Source of the DNA: an uncultured Verrucomicrobiae bacterium
GTDB lineage: Bacteria; Verrucomicrobiota; Verrucomicrobiia; Chthoniobacterales; UBA10450
NCBI GenBank assembly: GCA_963726745.1
Contig: CAVSDR010000003.1
Coordinates: 416,001-480,000 of the forward strand
Direction of reading: 5' to 3'
Length of the DNA: 64,000 bases
Shown: positions 22,011 through 32,875 of the stretch, piece by piece
Position numbering within the stretch: position 1 is the first letter of the stretch
Layout of the letters: every line of letters begins with the position of its first letter
Program-made: the position numbers and the translations under genes
The notes under the pieces: generated by a model
The model's database searches: none
Told to the model about the DNA's origin: nothing
What the model saw: the letters and a program-made list of their open reading frames with translations, nothing else

Positions 22011-22412
22011 TCGATGGCGCTAAGCCGAATTCTGTCGGCTGGTATTTAGCCAGCCGGATGATCATTTATCTCAGCCCGCTTGCGCGAGCCGCCCGCGACG
22101 CTTGCGCGCCGCGTGATGCGACGAAACCCGAGGATCATAACGGACCGGCTGCCCTCCCTCTGTTCTGTCTTGCACCACATGGGGTTTTTCCTGCCACGCG
22201 GATTGCTCCGCGCGCGGTGAGCTCTTACCTCGCCATTTCACCCTTACCGTCATCTTGTCGCCAAAATGCCGGCGGTATCTTTTCTGCGACACTTTCCGTC
22301 AGCGCCCGCTTGGGCGAACGCCGCCCGCGTGTTCTCCGCGGCATGCTGCCGTTTGGTGTTCGGACTTTCCTCTGGCGAGCCTAACGACTCCCCAGCGATC
22401 ATCTGCCATCGA
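22011..22412 (-). ncRNA. rnpB: RNase P RNA
   Basis: Minus strand GAGGAAAGTCCGAACACC near the 5' end, GGTAAGAGCTCACCG, GCAAGACAGAACAGAG, ACAGAATTCGGCTTA at the 3' end; P1 TCGATGGC/GCCATCGA. Confidence 0.95.
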
Positions 22413-22452
22413 GATCAATCTACTGGGGTCGGAGAGAGAAAGCAGGGGGGAA

Positions 22453-23193
22453 TTATCCCTCCACCGAAACGCTGAGAAACCCGGGCGCTCGTGCGTTCTC
22501 CAGTCCGGCCAGGAACTGAATGCATTCGTGTCGCGCCTCGCGAAAGAATTCGTCGCGCCCGGCGCCCAGTCGTTTCAGAAGCGCGCGATGATCGAGCCAC
22601 GCCACCCAGAGGGCCGCGCTGAAGAGCGCCTGGAATTGCAGACTCCAAAGCGCGCGCTCCGCCGGCAGCAGCGCGCTCTGCGCTTCGCGCACGTGCTCGA
22701 GATGGAAGGCTACGTGTTGCGCTTCATCGGCGAGCACCCGCCGGCAAACCTGGTCGAGGATCGGATCGCGCGCGCGGCGTTGCAGCAGGCGGTAGTAGGC
22801 CGTGCCGACGAGCTCGGCGATCAGCAGCGTCTGGATCTCGAAGTTCAAACCGAGCGCGCGCCGCGTCGCGCGAAACAGGAAATGCGTCCAGTGCCGCTGG
22901 ATGAGCGCGCCGCCAAAACGCCGGACCAGGCCTTCCAGCAAACGCGCATGCTCTCCCTCCTCGGCTACGAAAAGCTTCAGCGCCGCGAGATAGCACGCGT
23001 CATCCTCGACTTGCGCGCCCGCCTTCCGGAAGAGATGGCGGCCGCCTCCGCTTTCGCCGAGTTGGAAGTGCGACAAGGACCGCGCCAATTCCGCTTTCAT
23101 CACGCCATCGAGCGGGCAAGGCGCGGCCCAATCTGGCTGGATAAATTGCGCGCGGTTCGCTTCGAAATATCGAAGCCATTCTTTTGCTTTCAT
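22453..23193 (-). CDS. Ferritin-like (di-iron) domain protein
   Basis: FQLGESGGG, EEGEHARLL, AELVGTAYY, DEAQHVAF (paired ExxH). Confidence 0.75.
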   Translation of the reverse strand: MKAKEWLRYFEANRAQFIQPDWAAPCPLDGVMKAELARSLSHFQLGESGGGRHLFRKAGAQVEDDACYLAALKLFVAEEGEHARLLEGLVRRFGGALIQRHWTHFLFRATRRALGLNFEIQTLLIAELVGTAYYRLLQRRARDPILDQVCRRVLADEAQHVAFHLEHVREAQSALLPAERALWSLQFQALFSAALWVAWLDHRALLKRLGAGRDEFFREARHECIQFLAGLENARAPGFLSVSVEG

Positions 23194-24065
23194 GTTGGTT
23201 CTCCAGTGGCGGCGATGGGTGCCGTGGAAAAGGCGCGAAGACGCGCAACGACGGCGCTGACGGTCTCCGGCAAAGTGGATGTGCCCGCGGTCACGCCAAC
23301 GACCTGCGCATTTGCAAAATCGCGGGCGCTTAATTCCTCCGCGCGCTCGACGTGTAGAGCGCGACGGCCCGCGGCGCGACAGGCGGCGACTAATTCACGC
23401 GTGTTGTTGCTGTGGTGTCCGCCTACGACCACGATCAAATCCGCGGCCGCAAGCAACTCGCGCAACGCGCGCTGCCGGTTCTTCGTCGGCTGGCAAACCG
23501 TGTCGCAAAACTTCACCTCCGCCCCGGGCCGGGCCGCGCGCAGCGCTGCCACCAATTCCCGCACGCGCTCGATCGGTTGCGTGGTTTGCGCGATCACGCC
23601 GAAACGCTTCTCCTCGTTAGGCAACTCCACTATCTGGGCGGCGGCCTCGAGCACCACCGCTGCCGGGAAATCTCCGGTCAGGCCGCGCACTTCCACGTGG
23701 TCGCGCTTCCCGATGACCACCGGGAAATAGCCGGCAAGCACCAGCGCCCGCAGTTGCGCGTGCGCGCGGTGGACCAGCGGGCAAGTGCCGTCGGTGACCG
23801 CGTAGCCCGCGCTGCGCCAGGCTTCCCGGCGCTCGTCCGACGCGCCATGTGCGGTGATCATCACCCGCGCCGTCGTGGACCGGCCAGGCTCGTCCAGCGT
23901 GCTCTCCTGCACTCCGCGGCTAACGAGTCGTGCGCGCGCCACCGGATTGTGCACCAGCTCGCCGAGAATGGTCAGCGGGCCCTCGGCTGCGAGCCGCTCC
24001 GCTTCCGCGAGGGCGTCGCGCACCCCGAAACACATGCCGAAATGCTCGGCCAGGAGGATCTTCAT
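23190..24065 (-). CDS. ispH: 4-hydroxy-3-methylbut-2-enyl diphosphate reductase
   Basis: GMCFGV, LVHNP, ITAHG, DGTCPLV, QTT, DTVCQPTKNRQ, SNNT, GVTAGTST. Confidence 0.93.
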   Translation of the reverse strand: MKILLAEHFGMCFGVRDALAEAERLAAEGPLTILGELVHNPVARARLVSRGVQESTLDEPGRSTTARVMITAHGASDERREAWRSAGYAVTDGTCPLVHRAHAQLRALVLAGYFPVVIGKRDHVEVRGLTGDFPAAVVLEAAAQIVELPNEEKRFGVIAQTTQPIERVRELVAALRAARPGAEVKFCDTVCQPTKNRQRALRELLAAADLIVVVGGHHSNNTRELVAACRAAGRRALHVERAEELSARDFANAQVVGVTAGTSTLPETVSAVVARLRAFSTAPIAATGEPT

Positions 24066-24117
24066 GGATGGTTTTTTAGGCTGCGCTTTGTCACGCAAAG
24101 TTTGTCGGCAAAATTTT

Positions 24118-24414
24118 TCACTGCCGCGCGGCCTTTACGATTTCCTCCAGCACATCGAGGTAATCCCCAAACGCTTTCCGCCCTTTCGCGGTCAGCGAGT
24201 AGCTCGTTTGCGGACGGTCGAGGATTTCTTTCGTGACCGCGATGAAACCGGCTTCGTGCAGGATCCGCAGGTGCGTCACGATATTGCCGTCGGTCATTTG
24301 CAATTCTGCCTTCAGCTCCTGGAAGGGCCAGCTCGCGCGCGAGGCCAGCAGGGTCATGATGCTGAGGCGCGCCTTCTCGTGGATGGCTTTGTCGAGCTTG
24401 TCGAAATCCAGCAT
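24118..24414 (-). CDS. Winged-helix transcriptional regulator
   Basis: LDKAIHEKARLSIMTLL, MTDGNIVTHLRILHEAG, YSLTAKGRKAF. Confidence 0.85.
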   Translation of the reverse strand: MLDFDKLDKAIHEKARLSIMTLLASRASWPFQELKAELQMTDGNIVTHLRILHEAGFIAVTKEILDRPQTSYSLTAKGRKAFGDYLDVLEEIVKAARQ

Positions 24415-24420
24415 CGGAAG

Positions 24421-25080
24421 TCATGCCGCAAGGGATTTGCGCGGCCAGGTGGCGAGGCCGTAGACGAGGTGGAAAAGGCCGAAAGTCAGAGCCATCGCGA
24501 GAGCCGTGTGGCGCGCCGGGTCCGCACTGAAAAGCGGCCCAGTCAAAAGCAGGCAGGCGGCCCCAGCCAGCAAAAACGCCCAGCCAAGAAGGCGCAGGGA
24601 GCGTGGGGCAAAGCTGACCGTTGAGAGCAGGGCCAGGCCATATGAGGTGATCCAAGTGGAAGCCAAAACCGGTAGCGCTTCCGTGGTTTCATCGTTCCGC
24701 CAGAAGAGCAAAGTGAGGACTGCGGCAATGAGTAACACCGGGGTCGCTCCAGCGATCGCCAATCGTAAGCCGGAGGTGAGGAATGCGCTGCCTTCCCGGC
24801 GAGCCTTGCGCGCGATGAAGAAGGTATTGACCGCCAACGTCGCGGCCAAAACAACCAGCCAGATGAGAATGAAATGCCGGGCCGCGCCGGGAAAGGAGAG
24901 CTTGAAGAAAGAAGTGCTGCCGCGCTCGTTGCCGAGGAAAAGGAGCACGCCCGCGGCCAGCGCGAGCGCACCGCCGATCAGCGCCGTGGGCGCCGAGATG
25001 GCGCGGTAGATCGTGGCCCGCTCCATCAGCGAGCGGATGACTCGCAGGTGTTCTTCGGCGTGGATGCGCGCGTCGTCCAT
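24421..25080 (-). CDS. Multi-pass membrane protein
   Basis: AEEHLRVIRSLMERAT followed by about six hydrophobic helices; co-oriented with the wHTH gene. Confidence 0.75.
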   Translation of the reverse strand: MDDARIHAEEHLRVIRSLMERATIYRAISAPTALIGGALALAAGVLLFLGNERGSTSFFKLSFPGAARHFILIWLVVLAATLAVNTFFIARKARREGSAFLTSGLRLAIAGATPVLLIAAVLTLLFWRNDETTEALPVLASTWITSYGLALLSTVSFAPRSLRLLGWAFLLAGAACLLLTGPLFSADPARHTALAMALTFGLFHLVYGLATWPRKSLAA

Positions 25081-25146
25081 GGCTTCACTTTGTATGGCAA
25101 AGTTGTCCGCGCGGCAACCAAATTCGCAAATATTTTTCTGCCGCCG

Positions 25147-25638
25147 TCACCGGCCGGGCGAACGCGCGTTCATCAGGAAGAGCGCCACCATCGCCAGACT
25201 GATGGCTAATTTGCCGATCATCCCGCCGAGGTTCCCGAGGAGCGCGCCCCAGCCGGCGCGTCCGGCACTAACGAGTCGTGCGCCGCCAATTAATTCTCCT
25301 GCGATCGCGCCCAGGAGCGGCGCCACCAGGAGCGTCACGAAGCCAGTGAAGATGCCGACCACAATCCCGAGAAGCGCACCGATCACGCCCCAGCGGGTGG
25401 CGCCGAAGTATTTTGCGCCGACATAGCTGGCGGCGAAATCGAGCAGGTAGGAAGCGATCGTTAGGCCGAGCAAAAGCGCCAGGGCCCACCAGCTCATGCC
25501 AAATTCCGGCCCGACAAGGAAGCGATGCCCGACCGCGGCCAGCAAGATGATCGTGCTGCCTGGGACCACCGGCAGGACGCTGCCGATGAGGCCCACGGCC
25601 ATGACCACAATCGCGAGGAGCCACCAAATGTGATGCAC
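25147..25638 (-). CDS. DUF456 family membrane protein
   Basis: GLIGSVLPVVPG, GAKYFGATRWGVIGA, GAIAGEL. Confidence 0.8.
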   Translation of the reverse strand: MHHIWWLLAIVVMAVGLIGSVLPVVPGSTIILLAAVGHRFLVGPEFGMSWWALALLLGLTIASYLLDFAASYVGAKYFGATRWGVIGALLGIVVGIFTGFVTLLVAPLLGAIAGELIGGARLVSAGRAGWGALLGNLGGMIGKLAISLAMVALFLMNARSPGR

Positions 25639-25731
25639 CCTTGTAGTTAGCTCCTTTCCGCGCGGACGCCAGAAGCGCCCGCGGCGCGAAACTTTTGACC
25701 GCTCCCTGCGCGCTCTTATACTGCCTTTCTC

Positions 25732-26226
25732 ATGGCCCTTTCCGTCGGAACCAAAGCACCGGATTTCACTCTCCCCACGAAGACCGCCGAGGGCGCGAAA
25801 GAGATCAGACTGAGCGCGCGTTTCGGCCAAGGCCACACTGTGCTGCTCTTCTTCCCGATGGCCTTTACCGGCACCTGCACCACGGAGATGTGCAGCGTGG
25901 GCAATGGTCTGGGCGAATACGACGAGCTGAACGCCACCGTCTACGGCATCAGCGGCGATAATCCCTTCGCGCAGGAAGCTTGGGCGCAGCGGGAGAAGAT
26001 CCACGTCACCCTCCTGAGCGACTACGAGCACCAGGTCACGCGGGCCTACGACGTGGCTTACGATTCCTTCCTCCCGCAGTTCGGCCTGCCGATGGGTGGC
26101 GTGGCCAAGCGCGCGGCGTTTCTGATCGATCGCGAGGGCGTGATCCAGCACGTCGAATGTCTGGAAGACGCGCGCGAGTTGCCGGATTTCGAGAAGATCA
26201 AAGCCAAGCTGGCGGAGCTGAAGTAA
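25732..26226 (+). CDS. Peroxiredoxin (AhpC/TSA redoxin family)
   Basis: [39 protein letters not shown]. Confidence 0.9.
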   Translation: MALSVGTKAPDFTLPTKTAEGAKEIRLSARFGQGHTVLLFFPMAFTGTCTTEMCSVGNGLGEYDELNATVYGISGDNPFAQEAWAQREKIHVTLLSDYEHQVTRAYDVAYDSFLPQFGLPMGGVAKRAAFLIDREGVIQHVECLEDARELPDFEKIKAKLAELK

Positions 26227-26228
26227 TC

Positions 26229-29116
<2,888 letters not shown>

Positions 29117-29188
29117 GCGCAGGTCAGCCCGGGCCGCGTAGCCCTACCCATAGCGCTCCGGGCCGCGCTGCGCGGAGAATGGCGGCCC

Positions 29189-29476
29189 ATGGGCAGCGAC
29201 CATTCCACGCGCTACGATCCCGAGGCCGATATCCCGCCGCAGCCCGAGCTGAGCCTCCGTGAGCAGGACGTCTTTCGCTGGATGCGCGAGGGCAAGCGCG
29301 ACAGCGAGATCGCCATCCTGACCAATGGCAACCCGCGCACGACCGAGAAGCACGCCGCCAGCATCATCAACAAATACCACGCGGAGACGCGCACCGCCTA
29401 CCAGGCCATCTACCGCGTAGGCGACAACCGCGTCGGCCAATGGAGCAACCCCGTCAGCATCGCGGTGGGCGTGTAG
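29189..29476 (+). CDS. LuxR-type HTH protein, possibly chimeric
   Basis: LSLREQDVFRWMREGKRDSEIAIL...RTTEKHAASIINK...ETRTA followed by an unrelated beta-type tail. Confidence 0.6.
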   Translation: MGSDHSTRYDPEADIPPQPELSLREQDVFRWMREGKRDSEIAILTNGNPRTTEKHAASIINKYHAETRTAYQAIYRVGDNRVGQWSNPVSIAVGV

Positions 29477-29558
29477 CTCCTAACAACAGCCTAACGAATC
29501 AGAACGGCCGGATGTGCAAGCGTCCGGTTGTTTTGTTGACAACGACCGTCGTGAACGA

Positions 29559-29777
29559 TCAGCGGAAATTATCTACCTCGAGCCCGCTGCCCTCGATGAT
29601 GCTTTTCAAAGTGCCGATCGGAATGGGCTTGTTGCCGTGAATCGCTACGATGACCTGCCGTCCGTTGGGATGACGCCACTTCTGATGGCTCCCCGATTGG
29701 CCGGCCAATGCGAAACCATGACCTCGCAGGACCTTCGTAACCTCGGCCGCAGTGCAGACCGGAAAGCGCTGGCTCAC
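29559..29777 (-). CDS. hicA: HicA-family toxin
   Basis: KVLRGHGF....QSGSHQKW, VIVAIHGNKPIPIGTLKSII; GTG start overlaps the hicB stop. Confidence 0.88.
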   Translation of the reverse strand: MSQRFPVCTAAEVTKVLRGHGFALAGQSGSHQKWRHPNGRQVIVAIHGNKPIPIGTLKSIIEGSGLEVDNFR

Positions 29778-29977
29778 GGAACGGCGAGTTCCAAAACCTT
29801 TGCGCCCTCGGCCAGCGGCACATCCGAGGGTTTGAACCAAAGTGCGAGCGCTTCTCTCGCATTAGCCACGGCTTCCTCTTCCGTGTCACCGGCGCTCGCA
29901 CAGCCGGGCAGTTCCGGGAAAACCGCCGACCAACGTTTCGCTTCCGCATCAAACTCAATCACGAGACGAAGCTTCAT
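29774..29977 (-). CDS. hicB: HicB-family antitoxin (short, no DNA-binding domain)
   Basis: WSAVFPELPGCASAGDTEEEAVANAREAL; 67 aa. Confidence 0.88.
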   Translation of the reverse strand: MKLRLVIEFDAEAKRWSAVFPELPGCASAGDTEEEAVANAREALALWFKPSDVPLAEGAKVLELAVP

Positions 29978-30281
29978 CGCTGGAAGATTACTGCATTCTG
30001 GTCGGATTGGAAGACTCCGCCGGGCGCCTCGTTCTGATCCCACCCGCTCGCTAGACGCGCAACACCGGGAAGGCATCGAAACCGGCGAGAATCTGCCATA
30101 CCAGGGAGATGACGCCCGTGATCGCGTGCGTGCGGATGGGCTTCGATCGCCAGCCGATCACCGTGACCGGGATTCCGGTTACATCAAACCAAAGGCAAGG
30201 ACGCCGAGGCTGGCGGCCGTGAGCGCCATGTTGGCGTCAGCTTGCATCAGCGCACGCCGAGTCGCAGGCTTAGGAGTTGCG

Positions 30282-31091
30282 ATGAGGCGTGAAAACACAA
30301 GCGCAGACGAATGCCCGAACTGCAGTCATTTTCCATCGTATACCGGCGGCTACTGTTTCAAATGTGGCCACTTTCGTCCTTCGAAGCGTGTTGACCCTGG
30401 CGGTGCTGATGAAATCGAAGTGACCGAATTCATGAAACGCAGCTTCGGTACGCGGGTGAGCGACGTCGAGATGACCGAAGAGCAACTCGATGTGCAACAA
30501 GAGGAGCGAAGTATGCGTTGGTTATACCGCAAGCCGAAGCCGACTGTGCTTGTTCCCGTTCATATAACTGTTGAGAACATCCGCGATGCCGCAGTGACGG
30601 TGCGAGGCATTGTCGAACGATACGGAACTACGAGCGAAGGCGAACTGATCCGCGCAATTGGCCCCGCTTGGCAGGCAGTAGCTGAAAGACTCGGCAAAGA
30701 CTGGTCTCACGCGTACGAGATCCCACCTCGAATTTGGGAGGAAATCGTGGCTGCTACTTTCGACAAAGCAGGCTACGACGAAGTCGTTCTGACATCGCGT
30801 TCAGGCGATCACGGTCGAGACGTTATTGCTGTTCGACAGGGCGTATGCTGCGTCCGAATTATCGGGTCCGTCAAAGCGTATAAACCTGGACACCTCGTAG
30901 AATATGATGACGTCCGCGCCCTGGCTGGTGTTCTTCATGGCGATCTGAAAGCAACGAAAGGAATTATCACTACGACGTCGGACTTTCCTCCGAACTTGCT
31001 GAAGGATCCGTTCATTTCACCGCTAATGCCTTACCGCCTTGAGACGATGAATGGCGTTGCATTGCAGAAATGGCTTGCCGAACTCAGGTAG
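30282..31091 (+). CDS. Mrr-like restriction endonuclease with N-terminal Cys4 motif
   Basis: WEEIVAATFDKAGYD.V.LT.RSGDHGRDVIA, VKAY, DVRALAG, KGIITTTSDF; CPNC..CFKC; TAGGAG RBS; visibly lower GC. Confidence 0.75.
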   Translation: MRRENTSADECPNCSHFPSYTGGYCFKCGHFRPSKRVDPGGADEIEVTEFMKRSFGTRVSDVEMTEEQLDVQQEERSMRWLYRKPKPTVLVPVHITVENIRDAAVTVRGIVERYGTTSEGELIRAIGPAWQAVAERLGKDWSHAYEIPPRIWEEIVAATFDKAGYDEVVLTSRSGDHGRDVIAVRQGVCCVRIIGSVKAYKPGHLVEYDDVRALAGVLHGDLKATKGIITTTSDFPPNLLKDPFISPLMPYRLETMNGVALQKWLAELR

Positions 31092-31812
31092 ACGCCTGCC
31101 GCCTACGGTCTACTGCTGAGGAAGTCATCAGTGTCGGCTTCGGTGGCATGGCATGGACTGAACTGAGAGACCATGGCCGATCAAATGTAACGCTCCAGCC
31201 TTGCCGCATGTCTGGTTTGGCACAGTTCGATATGCTGATGATTTCATCTCAGCGCCAGTTCGAAACCGCATTCCGACTCCCACTTCTTGTCCTTCGATCG
31301 TCGATTCGTCCGCCTAAACGAGAGATTTGTCTTCGGGGGCCCCCTTACAACGCTGGGCGGCGTCGTTCGGAGTGCATCTACTCGCGCACGCTGATCGAGG
31401 CGGTTTCGGAGTTACTTTCGACGCGGTGCTATGCGGAATTCTATTCTGAGGCTGCGCTTCATGATCGACGGGCGCGGGCAATCGCCGAGGACGCCTTGGA
31501 TCGAAGATTGTTCGACTTGGAAGACAGCCTCGAAGTCCAACTGGCAGAAGCACTGACGGAAGCCGAAGTCACTAGTTAATGCGACTGCTTGGTTATCCCA
31601 TCAACGTCAGATTAAACGAGTGCTGCGATCATCGTGCAGGGGTGCGGAATGAACAGCCGCATTGTCACGGCGTCGAGGGACCTCAAGCGCGCCATATGTC
31701 TTCGTTTTCGGCTGGGTGACTTATCAGATGATGGAGGAGGCGTTCCGGCCGGCGTGGACGGGTGACATGTCCGCTTCGCGACGTTCACGCTGAAACGAAC
31801 GAGGTCTCCGAC

Positions 31813-32208
31813 TTACGCCGAAGGAGCAGGCCGCGTCACGAGCCCAATCCACGCCCGGCGCTCGACATAGAGAAGGAAGAGCGCGAGCGCGGCGACGACG
31901 ATGCCGGGGGCGATGTCGTGACCGGCGGTGAGGAAGATGTGAAAGGCGAGGATGTTCACGATGATGGGGCCGAGGAAGAGCAGGCCGAGATTGCGCGTGC
32001 GCGGGATGAGGACCATGAGGCCGCCGAGCAGTTGGATGAGGGCGATGAATTTCATGTAACCGGTCGGCATCATCGCGGCCATGAAGCTCAGGGCCGGGGC
32101 AGGCATGGGTGGCGGATCTTTCGGCATAAAGCCCAGGAGGTTCATGAGTCCGAAGGCGACAAAGGCGAGGCCGAGGAGGGTGGCGACGATATGAGCGGCG
32201 ACTTTCAT
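31813..32208 (-). CDS. DoxX-like membrane protein
   Basis: LLGLAFVAFGL, TGYMKFIALIQLLGG, PIIVNILAFH. Confidence 0.75.
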   Translation of the reverse strand: MKVAAHIVATLLGLAFVAFGLMNLLGFMPKDPPPMPAPALSFMAAMMPTGYMKFIALIQLLGGLMVLIPRTRNLGLLFLGPIIVNILAFHIFLTAGHDIAPGIVVAALALFLLYVERRAWIGLVTRPAPSA

Positions 32209-32496
32209 GGGGATGCGATTGGGTGTGGGGCTCGGTTCATTTCGAACGCGTCACGCCTACCACAGCTGCGCGTCGACGAAGAACAGAAATTCACTCGGGC
32301 ACGGCATTCGCAGGCTCGGACCCGATCGCAGAAGCCGCAGAATTTCTCCGGCGGCGTCGCGGCCCGCGCCCGAGGGCCGGTGGGATACTCGCGAGCTCGA
32401 GAGCAGGCTGATCGAGCGGCTCGCTGGCGAATATCATCCGCGAAAATTTTTTCCTTGGACAGCCTTTGTCCGACCCGGGTCGCTACGATCGCCGGC

Positions 32497-32874
32497 ATGA
32501 AGAACGAGCTGTGGGGGCAATCGAACGCGGAGCCGGAGCGGGTGGAGTTTTTCGGCGCGGAGCAGTTGCGGGAAGCGCTGGAGGATTATGCGGCGACGAC
32601 GACGGCGTTGCTTTGGGCTTTGCAACTGGACCCGGAGGCCGACGCGGAGACGCCGGTCTGGTGGCCGCACCGGGCGCAAATGCGCGGGGCGCTGGCGCAG
32701 TTTGGGGAGCTTTGCCGGGCGGAGATCGAGCGGCTCGGGCAGTGGGACGAGGACGGGCTCGACCCGGAGGAGGTGCACGAAATGATCTGGGATGCAGGGA
32801 ACCGCTTGGTCGAGTGGCTGCAGCGGATGACCGGGACCAGCCCGACCGCCTCCACGGTCGGCGCCGCTCGTTAG
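32497..32874 (+). CDS. Hypothetical acidic helical protein
   Basis: ATG 32497, 125 aa, GC-rich third positions. Confidence 0.55.
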   Translation: MKNELWGQSNAEPERVEFFGAEQLREALEDYAATTTALLWALQLDPEADAETPVWWPHRAQMRGALAQFGELCRAEIERLGQWDEDGLDPEEVHEMIWDAGNRLVEWLQRMTGTSPTASTVGAAR

Positions 32875-32875
32875 G

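Noticed and set aside
29514..30281. Long N-terminal extension of the Mrr-like ORF (525 aa in the track)
   Set aside because: It is antisense to hicBA; ATG 30282 has a good RBS.
31070..31579. 169-aa ORF after the Mrr-like gene
   Set aside because: No recognisable motif; only the last ~60 codons look protein-like, so probably a remnant.
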